NCBI RefSeq assembly: GCF_006345805.1
Contig: NC_042997.1
Coordinates: forward strand, 38,998,001-39,062,000
DNA from: Octopus sinensis
Taxonomy: Eukaryota
Reading direction: 5' to 3'
Length of the DNA: 64,000 nucleotides
The translations under genes were made by a program, and so were the position numbers. This document shows positions 38,940 to 51,861 of the stretch, piece by piece. Under the pieces are notes generated by a model. That model saw only the letters and a program-made list of their open reading frames with translations. It made no database searches and was not told the origin of the DNA. Within the stretch, counting starts at the first letter, position 1, and each line of letters opens with the position of its first letter.

Positions 38940-39332
38940 GGCGCAGGAGTGGCTGTGTGGTAAGTAGCTTGCTAACCAACCACATGGTTCCGGGTTCAGT
39001 CCCACTGCGTGGCACCTTGGGCAAGTGTCTTCTACTATAGCCTCGGGCCGACCAATGCCTTGTGAGTGGATTTGGTAGACCGAAACTGAAAGAAGCCTGT
39101 CGTATATATGTATATATATATGTGTAGATGTGTGTATTTGTTTGTGTGTCTGTGTTTGTCCCCCAACATCGCTTGACAACCGATGGTGGTATGTTTACCT
39201 CCCCATAACTTAGCGGTTCGGCAAAAAAGACCGATAGAATAAGTACTAGGCTTCCAAAGAATAAGTCCCGGGGTCGAGTTGCTCGATTAAAGGCGGTGCT
39301 CCAGCATCAGACTGAAACAAGTAAAAGAGTAG
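38940..39332 (+). mobile_element. tRNA-derived SINE-B. Other copies near 11660, 32572, 39735, 43790 (split by a SINE-A) and 62795-63190(-)
   Basis: Head ggcgcaggagtggctgtgtggtaag, gggttcagtccc B-box region, core gcaccttgggcaagtgtcttctactatagcc, internal (TG)n, tail gactgaaacaagtaaaagag. Confidence 0.9.
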
Positions 39333-41103
39333 CATTTTACATAATTCAACCTACACAAGTTAAAAGTTAATATGAACAAAATAGGAATTTTCAAAGAAAT
39401 TTCTATAAAACTAGTTTTTAAATATCGACTGGCTATAGGGGTCCACCAGAATTAAAAGGTAACCAAAGGGGTTCAGAGATTTTTAAAAATGGTTGGAAAC
39501 CCTGCTTTAAACCTATGGTCAGACTTTAAATAAAAATATTCGTCAATGGATTCAAATCGTTTTTCTGCTATAATGGTTGTTCAAAATTCAAGGGATGAAG
39601 GTTTGCTGATCAAATGTGTGTGTGTCAATCGATTATGCCATTACTGAGACTTTGCGTTTGGTATTGCAAATCCTTTGGTTCTGCTTATTTACTCTACTCA
39701 ATCTGTTAGAATTAGCGAAATATGCCAAATTTCAGCCATGGTTGTGTAGTGAGAATCTTGCTTCCCAATCCCTTAGTCCCGGATTCAGTAATGCCTTGGG
39801 TGAATATCTTCTACTATAGCCTCGGGCCGACTAAGGCCTTGTGAGTGGATTTGGTAGACGGAAACTGAAAGAAGCCCATCGTATATACGTATGTGCGTGC
39901 GTGTGTGTGTGTGTGTGCGTGTGTGTGCATGCGTACGTATTTGTATGTGTGTGTGTGTGTGTGTGTGTACGTATTTGTGTGTGTGTGTGCGTGCCTTTGT
40001 GTCTGTGTCTGTCACCCACCATCGCTTGACAACTGGTGTTGGTGTCTTTAGGTCCCCGTAACTTAGCGATTCGGTTAAGGAGACCGATGGAATAAGTACC
40101 AGGCTTAACAAAAAGTAAGTACTGGAGTCGACTCATTCGACTAAAAATTCTTCAATGCGGTGTCCCAGGATGACCGCATAGAAGTAAAAGATAAATGATA
40201 AAATATAACTCCATAAAATTCCACTCTACAGTCCTAAATACATAAGGATACACTGAATAATGTAAATGGTAATGTGGATGGAAGCACTCCGTCGGTTACG
40301 ACGATGAGGGTTCCGGTTGATCCGATCAACGGAACAGCCTGCTCGTGAAATTAACGTGCAAGTGGCTGAGCACTCCACAGACACGTGTACCCTTAACGTA
40401 GTTCTCGGGGATATTCAGCGTGACACAGAAAGTGACACGGCCGGCCCTTTGAAGTACAGGTACAACAGAAACAGGAAGTAAGAGTGAGAGAAGGTTGTGG
40501 TGAAAGAGTACAGCAGGGATCACCAACGTCCCCTGCCGGGGCCTCGTGGAGCTTTTAGGTGTTTTCGCTCAATAAACACTCACAACGCCCGGTCTGGGAA
40601 TCGAAACCGCGATCCTATGACCGCGAGTCCGCTGCCCAAACCACTGGGCCATTGCGCCTCCACATATAAATTGATAGGATGATTACAGCTGGAAAGTTTC
40701 CGATCAATAACGACACAATAAACAAGGTTATAAAATGCGCACCACCTTACCTCAGCAAATAACTCGCCACTTTAGTTCTTTGGAATATTGATTCATCTTG
40801 AATAGGTAGAAACTTGACACTTATGAATCTAAGTGACTCAGTTATACTACCACTTGACATATGAGTATCTTTAGTAGAGTCTGGTCTATTTTAAGCCTTC
40901 GAACTCCAACCTGAAGATAGCTAAATAACTCAATTTGTAGTTTTCTTTGAAATGCCACGCTTTTGATATAAGAGTTCGCTCGCAGAAGACCTCCATCAGA
41001 TAAGACAGACTGATCCTTTTTGCTGGTAGGCTCACTGACTACCACTGACTTGCATCTGAACTACTTTCCAGGACCCAAATAATGGTTAGCTATAACTTCT
41101 GAA

Positions 41104-41869
41104 TACCTATTTCTTTACTACCCACAAGGGGCTAAACACAGAGGGGACAAACAAGGACAGACAAGGGGATTAAGGGCGTAACTGGTGCTTAATTTATCGA
41201 CCTAGAAAGGATGAAAGGCAAAGTCGACCTCGGCGGAATTTGAACTCAGAACGTAACGGTAGACGAAATACCTATTTCTTTACTACCCACAAGGGGTTAA
41301 ACACAGAGGGGACAAACAAGGACAGACAAGGGGATTAAGTCGATTATATCGACCCCAGTGCGTAACTGGTACTTAATTTATCGACCTCGAAAGGATGAAA
41401 GGCAAAGTCGACCTCGGCGGAATTTGAACTCAGAACGTAACGGTAGACGAAATACCTATTTCTTTACTACCCACAAGGGGTTAAACACAGAGGGGACAAA
41501 CAAGGACAGACAAGGGGATTAAGTCGATTATATCGACCCCAGTGCGTAACTGGTACTTAATTTATCGACCTCGAAGGATGAAAGGCAAAGTCGACCTCGG
41601 CGGAATTTGAACTCAGAACGTAACGGTAGACGAAATACCTATTTCTTTACTACCCACAAGGGGTTAAACACAGAGGGGACAAACAAGGACAGACAAGGGG
41701 ATTAAGTCGATTATATCGACCCCAGTGCGTAACTGGTACTTAATTTATCGACCTCGAAGGATGAAAGGCAAAGTCGACCTCGGCGGAATTTGAACTCAGA
41801 ACGTAACGGTAGACGAAATACCGCAAAGCATTTCGCCCGGCGTGCTAACGATTCTGCCAGCTCGCCGCC
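41104..41869 (-). mobile_element. Tetrameric SINE-A array: one tRNA head, four bodies, one 17-bp TSD
   Basis: Units start at 41104, 41269, 41453 and 41636 (165, 184, 183, 183 bp); head at 41819-41869. TSD TATAACTTCTGAATACC at 41091-41107 and 41871-41887. Confidence 0.92.
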
Positions 41870-42606
41870 TTATAACTTCTGAATACCGATTTCTTCTTCC
41901 ATTTCCCTACCAGACTCAGATCCTACAAAGGTTAGGATTGTTATTAATAATTGACTAAACCATAATAAAGGCAAGTAATTCTATGTATATTACTTATGCC
42001 TGCTGGTGAAATGAGAGGTAAAGCTTACGCCAGTTAGTTGGTTTTAGAAGGCAGAGGTAAGGAACTACTGTACTGTTTCTGACAAGAGGCCACCCACTAA
42101 GAACCTTAGCCATGAACACATTTCAGCTACAATGAAAGAATATGAAGCGTAGGTGTTTCGGTCATTAACACGATAACTTAATAATTTAGACAGAAACAAA
42201 TCATTGTTGTTGTTGACGTGCTGTTTTCGCATCTTTTTTTTTTTGTTATTATTTTGCTTTGTAAATAATAAATTCCTAAATTGTTGTTTTTTTTCCATGC
42301 ATTAAACCGTAAATTTACCGTCTTGAATACTGCATGGCATTGTTTCCCCTGCTATTGCCTCGAAACATTTATTTCTTGCATAGACACGACTTCACAATTT
42401 TGTAAATTAATATTGTTGCGTATAGATACGAACTCTGATATATAAAAAACAAATTCGAACTCGGTGCTACTTACACACTAAATGTATTGAGACGTTAATA
42501 TCAGAAGGCATTTTTCTGAAACCTCTTTTGTTTCTGATAGTTTTGCTTTCTCCAAAATACTGACAAGGTAAAAAAAAAAAAAAAAAAAAGTCAGATTCCA
42601 TTTCAT

Positions 42607-42994
42607 GGGAAGCACTCCGTCGGTTACGACGATGAGGGTTCCGGTTGATCCGAATCAACGGAACAGCCTGCTCGTGAAATTAACGTGTAAGTGGCTGAGC
42701 ACTCCACAGACACGTGTACTCTTAAGGTAGTTCTCGGGGATATTCAGCGTGACACAGAGAGTGACAAGGCCGGTCGGCCCTTTGAAGTACAGGTACAACA
42801 GAAACAGGAAGTAAGAGTGAGAGAAAGTTGTGGTGAAAGAGTACAGCAGGGATCACCACCACCCCCTGCCGGAGCCTCGTGGAGCTTTTAGGTGTTTTCG
42901 CTCAATAAACACTCACAACGCCCGGTCTGGGAATCGAAACCGCGATCCTATGACCGCGAGTCCGCTGCCCTAACCACTGGGCCATTGCGCCTCC
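42607..42994 (-). mobile_element. tRNA-derived SINE-D with a 10-bp TSD; second copy at 40280-40661
   Basis: Head ggaggcgcaatggcccagtggttagg...ggtttcgattccc. TSD TCCATTTCAT at 42597-42606 and 42997-43006. The two copies are nearly identical. Confidence 0.9.
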
Positions 42995-43952
42995 ACTCCA
43001 TTTCATATATACGAGGGCGTTGGTTGATGCGTGTGTGAAATAGACAGAAAAGGAGATTGGTAGAAATGAAAGGAAAATGTGAGCTGTAAGTAGAAAGCGG
43101 AATCACTTGCTATTTTTCACGCTCACATCTGGATATTTTTAAAGCCACAAAACCAGTCTTATTTAGACTCAGGTTTTGCTAGGTTATTTTTCTTGTTGCT
43201 TTTAGTTTGGGTTTTATTTTCGGTGTTGTCGTTGTTTCTACTCTTCTTTGTCCTTGAAATTGTTATTGATATTCTTTTATAATGACAAGTTATTTGATTT
43301 GGAATTATAGTAATATGTGAGCAAGTAATAGAAATATTAAGAAAATGCTCTTACACACTAAAAATGTAATTTCAAGTTGTCTGCTTAAATGATATTGTAA
43401 TATAATTCCAATCTAAAATTATCTTACAGAATCTAATATTCGTTCCAATATTGAGAAAAATATACCTTCTATGGCAACCAAATGAACATGAATAATTAGT
43501 GAAGCGCATAAAATCTTTTGCAACAGAAACTTTCAGGATATTAAACACGATGAACCAGAAAGCGACATAGATAAAGAAACGCATAAAGAATAAACAAGAA
43601 AATCTTTAAAATACGTATAAAAATATTTGGCTTAAATTTTACTACACAAAAAGGAATTTTATTTTTAATTGAATAAGAATTTAGAAGCTGTGATATTTGG
43701 GATGGCGGGGGTTATACAATAACATCAAATGTAAAAGTCAACAATAGGTATAGGCGTGGCTGTATAGGCGTAGGCGTGGCTATGTAGGCGCAGGCGTAGC
43801 TGTGTGGTAAAAAAAAACTTGCTTCCTAACCACATGGTTTCGGGTTCAGTCCCACTGGTAGAACTTTGGGCAAGTGTCTTCTACTATAGCCTCGGGCCGA
43901 CCAAAGCCTTGTGAGTGAATCTGATAGGCGGAAACTGAAAGAAGTTTGTTGT

Positions 43953-44009
<57 letters not shown>

Positions 44010-44344
44010 GTATATATGTGTGTGTGAGTGTGTGTAGTTCAGTGTTTAGAGCATTGGGCTTACAGTCGTGGAGTCAGGTATTTCGTCTACCGTTACGTTC
44101 TGAGTTCAAATTCCGCCGAGGTCGACTTTGCCTTTCATCCTTTCGGGGTCGATTAAATAAGTACCAGTAAATCACTGGGGTCCATATAATCGACTTAATC
44201 CTCTTGTCTGTCCTTGTTTGTCCCCTCTATGTTTAGCCCCCTGTGGGCAATAAAGAAATAAATATTTTTGTGGGTGCGCGCGCGTGTATGTGAGTGCGCG
44301 TGTGTGTGTGCGTGTGTATGTGTGTGTGTGTGCGTGTGTGTGTG

Positions 44345-44384
<40 letters not shown>

Positions 44385-45337
44385 GTGCTTGTCCCCACCA
44401 CCGCTTGACGACCAATGTTGGCTTGTTGACGTCGCCGTAATTTGGCGGTTCGGCAAAGATATCGATAGATTAAGTACTGGGGTCGATTAGTTCGACTATA
44501 ACCAGTCATGGTGCATGTCCAAACATGGACTCAGTCCAGTGACTGAAACATGTAAAACACGTATATAAACTCTAATCCGTAAAAACGTTGTTAATGCTTT
44601 GTTTCTTAATGCTTAGCGGCATTTCTTCTACCTTCAGGTTCTGAGTTCAAATTCTGCCGAGGTCGACTTCCCCTTTCATCTTTTCAAGGTCGATAAAATA
44701 AGTACTAATCGAATACTGAAGTCGATATAAACGACTTAACCCCTTCCTTAGAACATGTTGGTCTTGTGCCAAAATTTGAAACCAATATTTTAATTGTTTC
44801 TTAAGGCGACAAATTGGCAAAAAGCTTAACGACCGTCTATAAGTTTTGATTTCAAATTCCACCGAAAGTTAACTTCACCTTTCATCAATTTGGGATCGAT
44901 AAAATAACCCCATCCTACTAAAATAACCAACCTGGTTATACCATAGATATTTTACACTGGTAAGAAGGTGAGTGTGAAAATTATATTTGCTAACTTGCAT
45001 AGTTTAGCTTCCATGTAAGCCTTGATCGAGTAGCTTTGGTATTTCGGTAGATAGCCAATGGGACCTCCACAAATCCTTTGCTTCAGATATACAGTTTATC
45101 CACCCAGTTGAGGACTACAGTTTATACTCCGAAATGCAGTATTTTTTATTGCGCTTCTTTCCACAGTCTAGTATGTTCCTATATACTGGTAATTTTTCTG
45201 AGAGTCATCATAGCGAAGGTATTCTTACGAACCATAGTAATATTTTGCTTTGCCGGAAATGTTTGGGAGCGGTTTTTACACATAATAACAATGTCTTTAA
45301 TGACTAGAGGTTGCTGTGTTTGTTGAAAATATTCCAT

Positions 45338-45657
45338 AAAAATGTTTGATGAAAATGTTTGATGAATATGTTTGACGAAAATGTTAGACGAACGTGTCTG
45401 ATGAAAATGAGGAAAATGTTTGATGAAATTACATGAGGAAAATGTTTGATGAAAAATTACATGAGGAAAATGTCTGATGAAAAATTTTCGTGAAAATGTC
45501 TGATGAAAATGTTTAATGAAAATGTCTGATGAAAATGCTTGATGAAAATGTTTGATGAAAATGCTTGATGAAAATGTCTGATGAAAATGATGAAAATGAT
45601 TGATGAAAATGTTTGATGAAAACGTTTGATGAAAATGTTCGATGAAAATGTTTGATG
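45338..45657. repeat. Minisatellite, 13-bp unit GATGAAAATGTTT with variants
   Basis: About 320 bp of tandem gatgaaaatg(t/c)(t/c)t units with a few longer variant units. Confidence 0.92.
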
Positions 45658-48553
45658 ACAGCTCGCCTGTCGAGAGTAGTTTATTTTGCGGCTGTTTTAT
45701 GATCTTCTGGTGTTTGTTGTGAAGAGGTATGGTACCTAGACACGATTGATATAATGTATAATGGATTTAATATATTTTTTAAACACTAATATTCTAGGGG
45801 GGTTTTTTTCCATGTTGAAAAGTGACCATTAAAGCCACGTGATATTGTGCTGTTTTGCGTTCTTGAGTACGTTTTCTTTGCTGAGAATGTTGCGGTGGTT
45901 TGTCTTCTATATACATGTAAGACATATGTGAGGATAATTAGCTGTAACCTTTGGTTTTCGGTGCTGCTGGCAAGAAATGAGATTAGGAATTCGGTAGGTG
46001 TTATTTTTTCGTCTATTTGGAGTTAGCTTTTTAGATGGTTTTGTGATTTGAAGTAGTTGATCAGTTATCTCTAGAAAATGATGAGAAGACGTGACAGTAA
46101 TGTCATAAGTATATGATGATGTTTGCATGCTTTGGGGAGATACAGGAAAAGTTGTATTAGTATTAGATAAAAAAAAAAGAATAGAGAACAGAACATTGCA
46201 TGCCACAGTTCGGGAAATTACAAATTTTAGATGTGATGTTATTGTACAGTACATAACTCAGAATGGTACGATGTCATGTTATCAATTTGGTTTACCGACC
46301 TGAGACATGGCTCGCAAAAAGCATTTTGCTACTTCTGGGCTTTCTACGTAACTTTGTTGCATTCATGACAAATATCATTATCTATTAATTGTCAAGTTCC
46401 ATTTAACTCCTAATAGGTTCCATGAGAGATGTAATTTAACCAGCAACTTTTCTGTAGACGATATTGAGTAATGCTTCATTAGCTTGAAATGCGAAGTTCA
46501 ACACGTCTTAACAGCCTGGAGCAAGTAGAGTTAGGCTAACCCAATGTATTTTCCTAAAATAGTTTTTAACATTTTGCTTTAGGTTATTGTTCAATAGTGG
46601 ATATTTCTAATCATATAAAATCAAGCCATTAACTAGTTTATTCCACTTATTTAAGATGAAATATCTTTGGATATTTTTAAAGGTAATTTTGAAGAGGATA
46701 CCACATAACCAATTAAAGCTACTTCAATTACTACAGCAACTTTTCGTATCTCCCACAATGGTACTAAAGATAATAATAACCCAATCTGGGTTTTAAATAA
46801 AAACGTAGGAAAACGAGGTAAATATTTTGTCTTATACTCTACCAATTGTATCTTCTCTTTCAGTGTGTATAATGGTTGTCATCTTTTCACACTAGAATCA
46901 ATGGTTCCTTTATATTATAGCTAATGGAAGTGGGAAATACATACCATGTTTATCTCTTTGTCATGTGTATTAGTAGCGTAGGCATAAGTAAAGTGAGGTG
47001 GCTTCAAACGAGGATAGAAATCATTTATCAGTTTGGGTTAAGATATTTACACCTTGTATGGTACTTACTTTTGATGTATACAAAATATTGGTTTTTAAAT
47101 TCGACACAGATGTATTGGTGAGGAATATAGTAGATTGAATTCACCCTAGTATATGACTAACACACATTCTTGTAGATCCTGATGAGAAAAAATTTAAGTT
47201 CACACTTGGTTGGATTTGAACGAAGGACGTAGTAGAAATTAAATACCGTATAATATCTAGTTCTTTTCAAACTGCCTTAAAGCATTCAGATTTACTTATT
47301 CTGATGAACATGAAGAACAGAAATGTTCATGAATATTTTGAAAAATATTTTATTATATTTGTTTCACACTCTAAAAGCAAATCTAAACAATTCTTGAATA
47401 GGCTCCTGAAAACTGTGTTTGCTTTAAATAAGTGAAAACGCAATCAGTCAGTATTGATTCCCGCAAGCATAGAACTACATTGCCAGTTCATGGTCTTCAA
47501 CTTAAACTAATTTTCTTTCATTAAAAGACTTGGCATCATACACACAACATTTAACCCTCGACTGGCGCGAATTATTTCCCTGGCCAACGCGCTATTGAAA
47601 AATGACAATTGCCTTCCTATGCACGATGTAGTCTGCAGCTTATAATAACTAAGTGAGCTTATTTTCTTTACTGCAATACTTAAGAAGTACACAGAGATTT
47701 AGGGTAATCTATTATACATTCCAACCTGAGACAGAAATTTAACAACAACACAAATAAGTACAAAGTATCGAGTTAATTATGTTAATTGTTTCCAAAGCAC
47801 AAAGCTCTATAGGGCTTGTGCACAAATTCGGTTTCCGTAGTTTCCAGTGAAAAGGAAAGACAGATAAATCTCCCCTTAGACTAGATACTGGCGTATGACA
47901 AATAGACTTTTCTGAAAATCAATGAAATACTTGTCAAATCCATTGTACTACCGCTGCTTACAACAACGAACTATATCGTTTGAAATACCTGAATAGACAC
48001 ATGTAAGCTTGGCTTGTCCGTGTAGCAGGATATACTACATATAATCATTTCGTACCCTGTTGTTCTTTACTTGACAATACTTTCGTCTCAACTCTCAAGT
48101 TCTCCACTTGAATTTTGAAATAATCAAAGAATAAAAAAAGAAATGCTTATATTTTGTTTTTTGTTTTGTTGTTTTTTTCTCATAACCACGATAGACTCAT
48201 ATACACTTAAGGTTGCTCTTACTGTTGCTGTTGCGTTTAACCCCAGGTTAGTTCTAATCTATTAGACCTATGATCAAAAGCGATCTTACCTCTTTGTTAT
48301 AAAAAAAAGATGATTGTCCAAAGTGTTCTCTCCTTTTTGAAGATAGTAGAGTGCGATTTGGGGAATATTTAGCTGCTATTTCTACAACCATTTAAAGTTT
48401 CTCATATTAATATAGTGATTTTCTAAATTCTGTTGTGCTTTGAATGTATGTAATAAATATTCATATATAGATAGATGGGCGTAAAAGATACAGGTATTAA
48501 CAATCATAGAGTTTGTTGGTTAATTGGTTAGTTAGTCACTTAGCTTAGTTTGT

Positions 48554-48631
<78 letters not shown>

Positions 48632-48677
48632 CATACATACATACATACATACATACATACATACATACATACATACA

Positions 48678-49230
48678 TGGTGGCTGCCCACTCGTTATCG
48701 AGTATGGGCCATTGTGTGAAGCTTAATCAATGTTGTTATCGTGCAATGCCTGTGCAAGAAGATGTTTTTTAAAGTGTGGAAAGGCTGTGCACTGAGTCAA
48801 TCCCACTCATTAAGCAACAGCAGCCATAATCCGAAAAGAAGAACAAGTCAACATCATCGGTAACCACTGAGCCGCAGGTTTTATGTCGGAGTTATCCCAG
48901 TTACCTAAGTTACCTTCTCCTAGAAGGATGCCCTAACAAAGGCTAGGAGTCCTTCACTCGCAATGGTTTAACCGCGCGATCGGGTATTCAGTTCGATTAT
49001 TTCTATGTCCCCGCGCATGATACATCCTTAAGACATTTACTGGATGGCCGTTGACTCTCAAGAGTTCCTCCGCCCTTTGACGGGTCTTGTTTTTCATCCC
49101 GCAGGGTATCCAATAAACACCCTCCTCACCAAGCAAGCTTGGTGGGGTTGCCGGTTTAGTCGCCGACGACCCGACCATGCAACAGGTTGTACTGGGTTAC
49201 ATGTTACCAGTAGCACTCGAAAGTGACCAG
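48678..49230. mobile_element. Unclassified GC-richer insertion in a (CATA)n tract, possibly an RTE-clade 5' region
   Basis: Sharp compositional boundaries with (CATA)n on both sides and no convincing ORF. The clade assignment is from recollection only. Confidence 0.3.
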
Positions 49231-50251
49231 ACATAACATACATACATACATACATATATACATACATACATACATACATACATAGGTGAATGTTTTGATT
49301 GACATAGATCAAGCAAAACTAATTACAGGTGAGTTTTTAAGTCTCAGTGGGTGTTATCAGTTTGAATGTTATATGAATTCTTTACAATTAGAGAAATACA
49401 ACTGCACCGTTAATTCGTGATCACTCGTAATTTTGTGGCACCTACTGAAAATTAGTTTTGAAAACGATGTTTTCTTAATAATTTTAGTAATTTTCGAACT
49501 TAAGGCACTTCTTTCCAAAACATCAAGTAACTATCCAACTGTCCAAAAATGCATTCTACCGATGGCAGTTTTAATTCCTCTTCATCCAAGATAAATCACT
49601 TAAGCTATCAGTAGATGACAGAAAAGTATTACTTGACAACCTAAGTAAGATTATAGAACTCTGAGGTTGTTATCCTTTGATATGTTATAAATGTTATATG
49701 TATTGCTGGAGACGCACTGAAGAGTTTGTCTTTGTACAGCGTATTTTGAGGGAATTAATTTGGCATAGCGTACCCTACAGGAAGAATTGAAATCTGCATT
49801 CAAGCTAAACAAACACTAGGTAAGTTCAGTTGGTGTAAGGAATCGCATCACTTTTCCTCTGCAGCTCCTTCGCTGACGAACGACAAAGTCTTCGCTCATC
49901 GCAGTAATTGAAGTCATCCGACTTTCCTACTGATTTACTGATGACGATGCTGAATTTTGGATTTACTATAATGAAACGTCAGTCAATTTTTCTTTGTTCA
50001 TACTCCTTATAGTACCGTCCACTAACTCTGGTACCTATTTGCATAAACAGACCGTGAAGTTAAGAATATGTTTTAGATATATATATAACCAGAATTTAGC
50101 TCCAGATCACCTGTGATCTGGAGCTAAATTCTGTTTTTAAATGTCTTGCTTCGAGAGCTGCATTCGGTACGATTCGTTTATTTTTGGTAGTAATGACTTT
50201 GAAAGTCCCTCCTAGCGTGTGGCATTTATGTGTAATAATGCCCTCTATATA

Positions 50252-50330
<79 letters not shown>

Positions 50331-50719
50331 CCTTGAGATTTTTGTTGATATGAAGAGATGGTATGATACAAATTTGATATATGATGCGCAGTAGTTGTGT
50401 CTTAGGACAGTTGAAATAATCCTAGATTGCCATGTGCCCATTGTAGGATGTTTTCATAGTTTCTATTCAAGGAGATGATACAAATTTGGTATAGGATATC
50501 CCCGTTTCGTTTAGACGGTTAGGTTGCTATGATACCTGTGTGAGAATGGCTAAGAAATTAATAGTCGTATCCTCAATGAGTTAAGTTGGTTCCCCACCCT
50601 GTTTAAAACCAGCATTTAGTAACTTGAGTGCCTTTAGCAGAGACAACTTTGTTGTAATATTCGGGCCAGGTTTTCGAGTTAAGGATATTCTCATCCTTCA
50701 TTCTATTCAGTCTCAGTGA

Positions 50720-51757
50720 CCTTGAAAAGTGTCATAGGTACCGCCTTCCTAACTAAAAGAAAATACCTACTGAAAGAAGACATTTCTAATAAGCGAGAAT
50801 TTGTCAGAAGGCCGAAAGCGAAACTAACCACGTTACGCGACGAAAACAGTGAAGTTCGTGGGTAAGAGTCTGATGCTTTGGATTTACATAAAAAGTGATG
50901 GTTCGAGAAAGTTAGTTAAAATTGACGGTAACTTGAATAGTGCTAAACACATCCAGTTGCTGTAGGACAATTTGATACCATACTTGAATGAAGTTGAGAT
51001 CTTTCAGCATGACGGAGCTCTATACCACCGACCGCGTGCAACACAACAGCGTTTGGCTGGTGAAGGTGCTACCGTATTGAAAGATTGGCCAGCTTAGAGC
51101 CCTGACTTATATATCGAGAAAATGTGCACAGAACTAAGGAGAAGAGTTCGTCAGAAGAATCCACTAAGGAGAAGAGTTCATCAGAAGATTTGCTCCTTAT
51201 GTAGAGTGGTTCTCTTTCTGAAGGTCATACTCGTTTGTCCAATATAGTGGTGTCCGCAACCCGAGCAGGTTATTACATAAATTAGGTTCTCAGAGGCACA
51301 AATAGGCACATGGCAATCTTGGAGAGTTGTGGAAGCTCAGCTACAGAGAATACCTGTGAAGATTTGTATGCATCTTTTCTCAGGTGCACTGAAGTAATTA
51401 TTCAAGCTAAGGGGAGCTACACTAAATATTAACAATGTACAGTAACTTCTGGAAATGAATATTATGTAATAAATTTTCATTATAGACGCTTTTTCTGTTT
51501 TAAAACACTATATCTTGATTGGTTTATATGAAGTGGCCGAAAGCTTTTGCACGGCCATTTTTGGTGGTCGTTTCGCATTTTCCCCTCTCATTCAGAACCC
51601 CTACTACAAAGTATAATGATTAGGTATTGAAATAACTCCAACAGGACCAATTTTTCATCTGCAAAAAAAAACGCATTGCGAAACATCCGTTTATAAGTTG
51701 GCAATTAGTAGCAATTTATAATAGTCTAAAGTTTCCGAAGACTTTTGCACGGCACTG
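50720..51757 (+). mobile_element. 5'-truncated Tc1 (DD34E-type) transposon with an inner direct repeat in the right TIR
   Basis: KLVKIDGNLNSAKHIQLL*DNLIPYL...IFQHDGALYH...LKDWPA*SPDL...IE...IIQAKGSYTKY*. Right end cttttgcacggcactg|TA. The cttttgcacggc motif recurs at about 51544. Confidence 0.85.
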
Positions 51758-51787
51758 TATTAGGTTCTCTCTCTATATATATACATA

Positions 51788-51840
<53 letters not shown>

Positions 51841-51861
51841 TAGTAGTAGTAGTAGTAGTAA

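Noticed and set aside
41104-41869. Regularly spaced repeats suggesting a CRISPR array
   Set aside because: The units are whole SINE bodies with no unique spacers, there are no cas genes and the context is eukaryotic.
45338-45657. Repeated CTGATGA and GAAA words in the minisatellite as tandem hammerheads
   Set aside because: No stem II, stem I or NUH arrangement; the words are simply part of the repeat unit.
48678-48840. HDV-like ribozyme at the start of the insertion (GTGGCTG/CAGCCAT could form a 7-bp P1 with G.U)
   Set aside because: P2, P3, P1.1 and the J4/2 catalytic C could not be placed in the required order.
49781-49819. EELKSAFKLNKH resembling an EF-hand entry helix, followed by GTAAGT
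   Set aside because: There is an in-frame stop before the donor, no calcium-binding loop and no partner exons.
50140-50240. Minus-strand degenerate hammerhead
   Set aside because: It needs several core changes (missing G5, GAAG instead of GAAA) and has no stem I.
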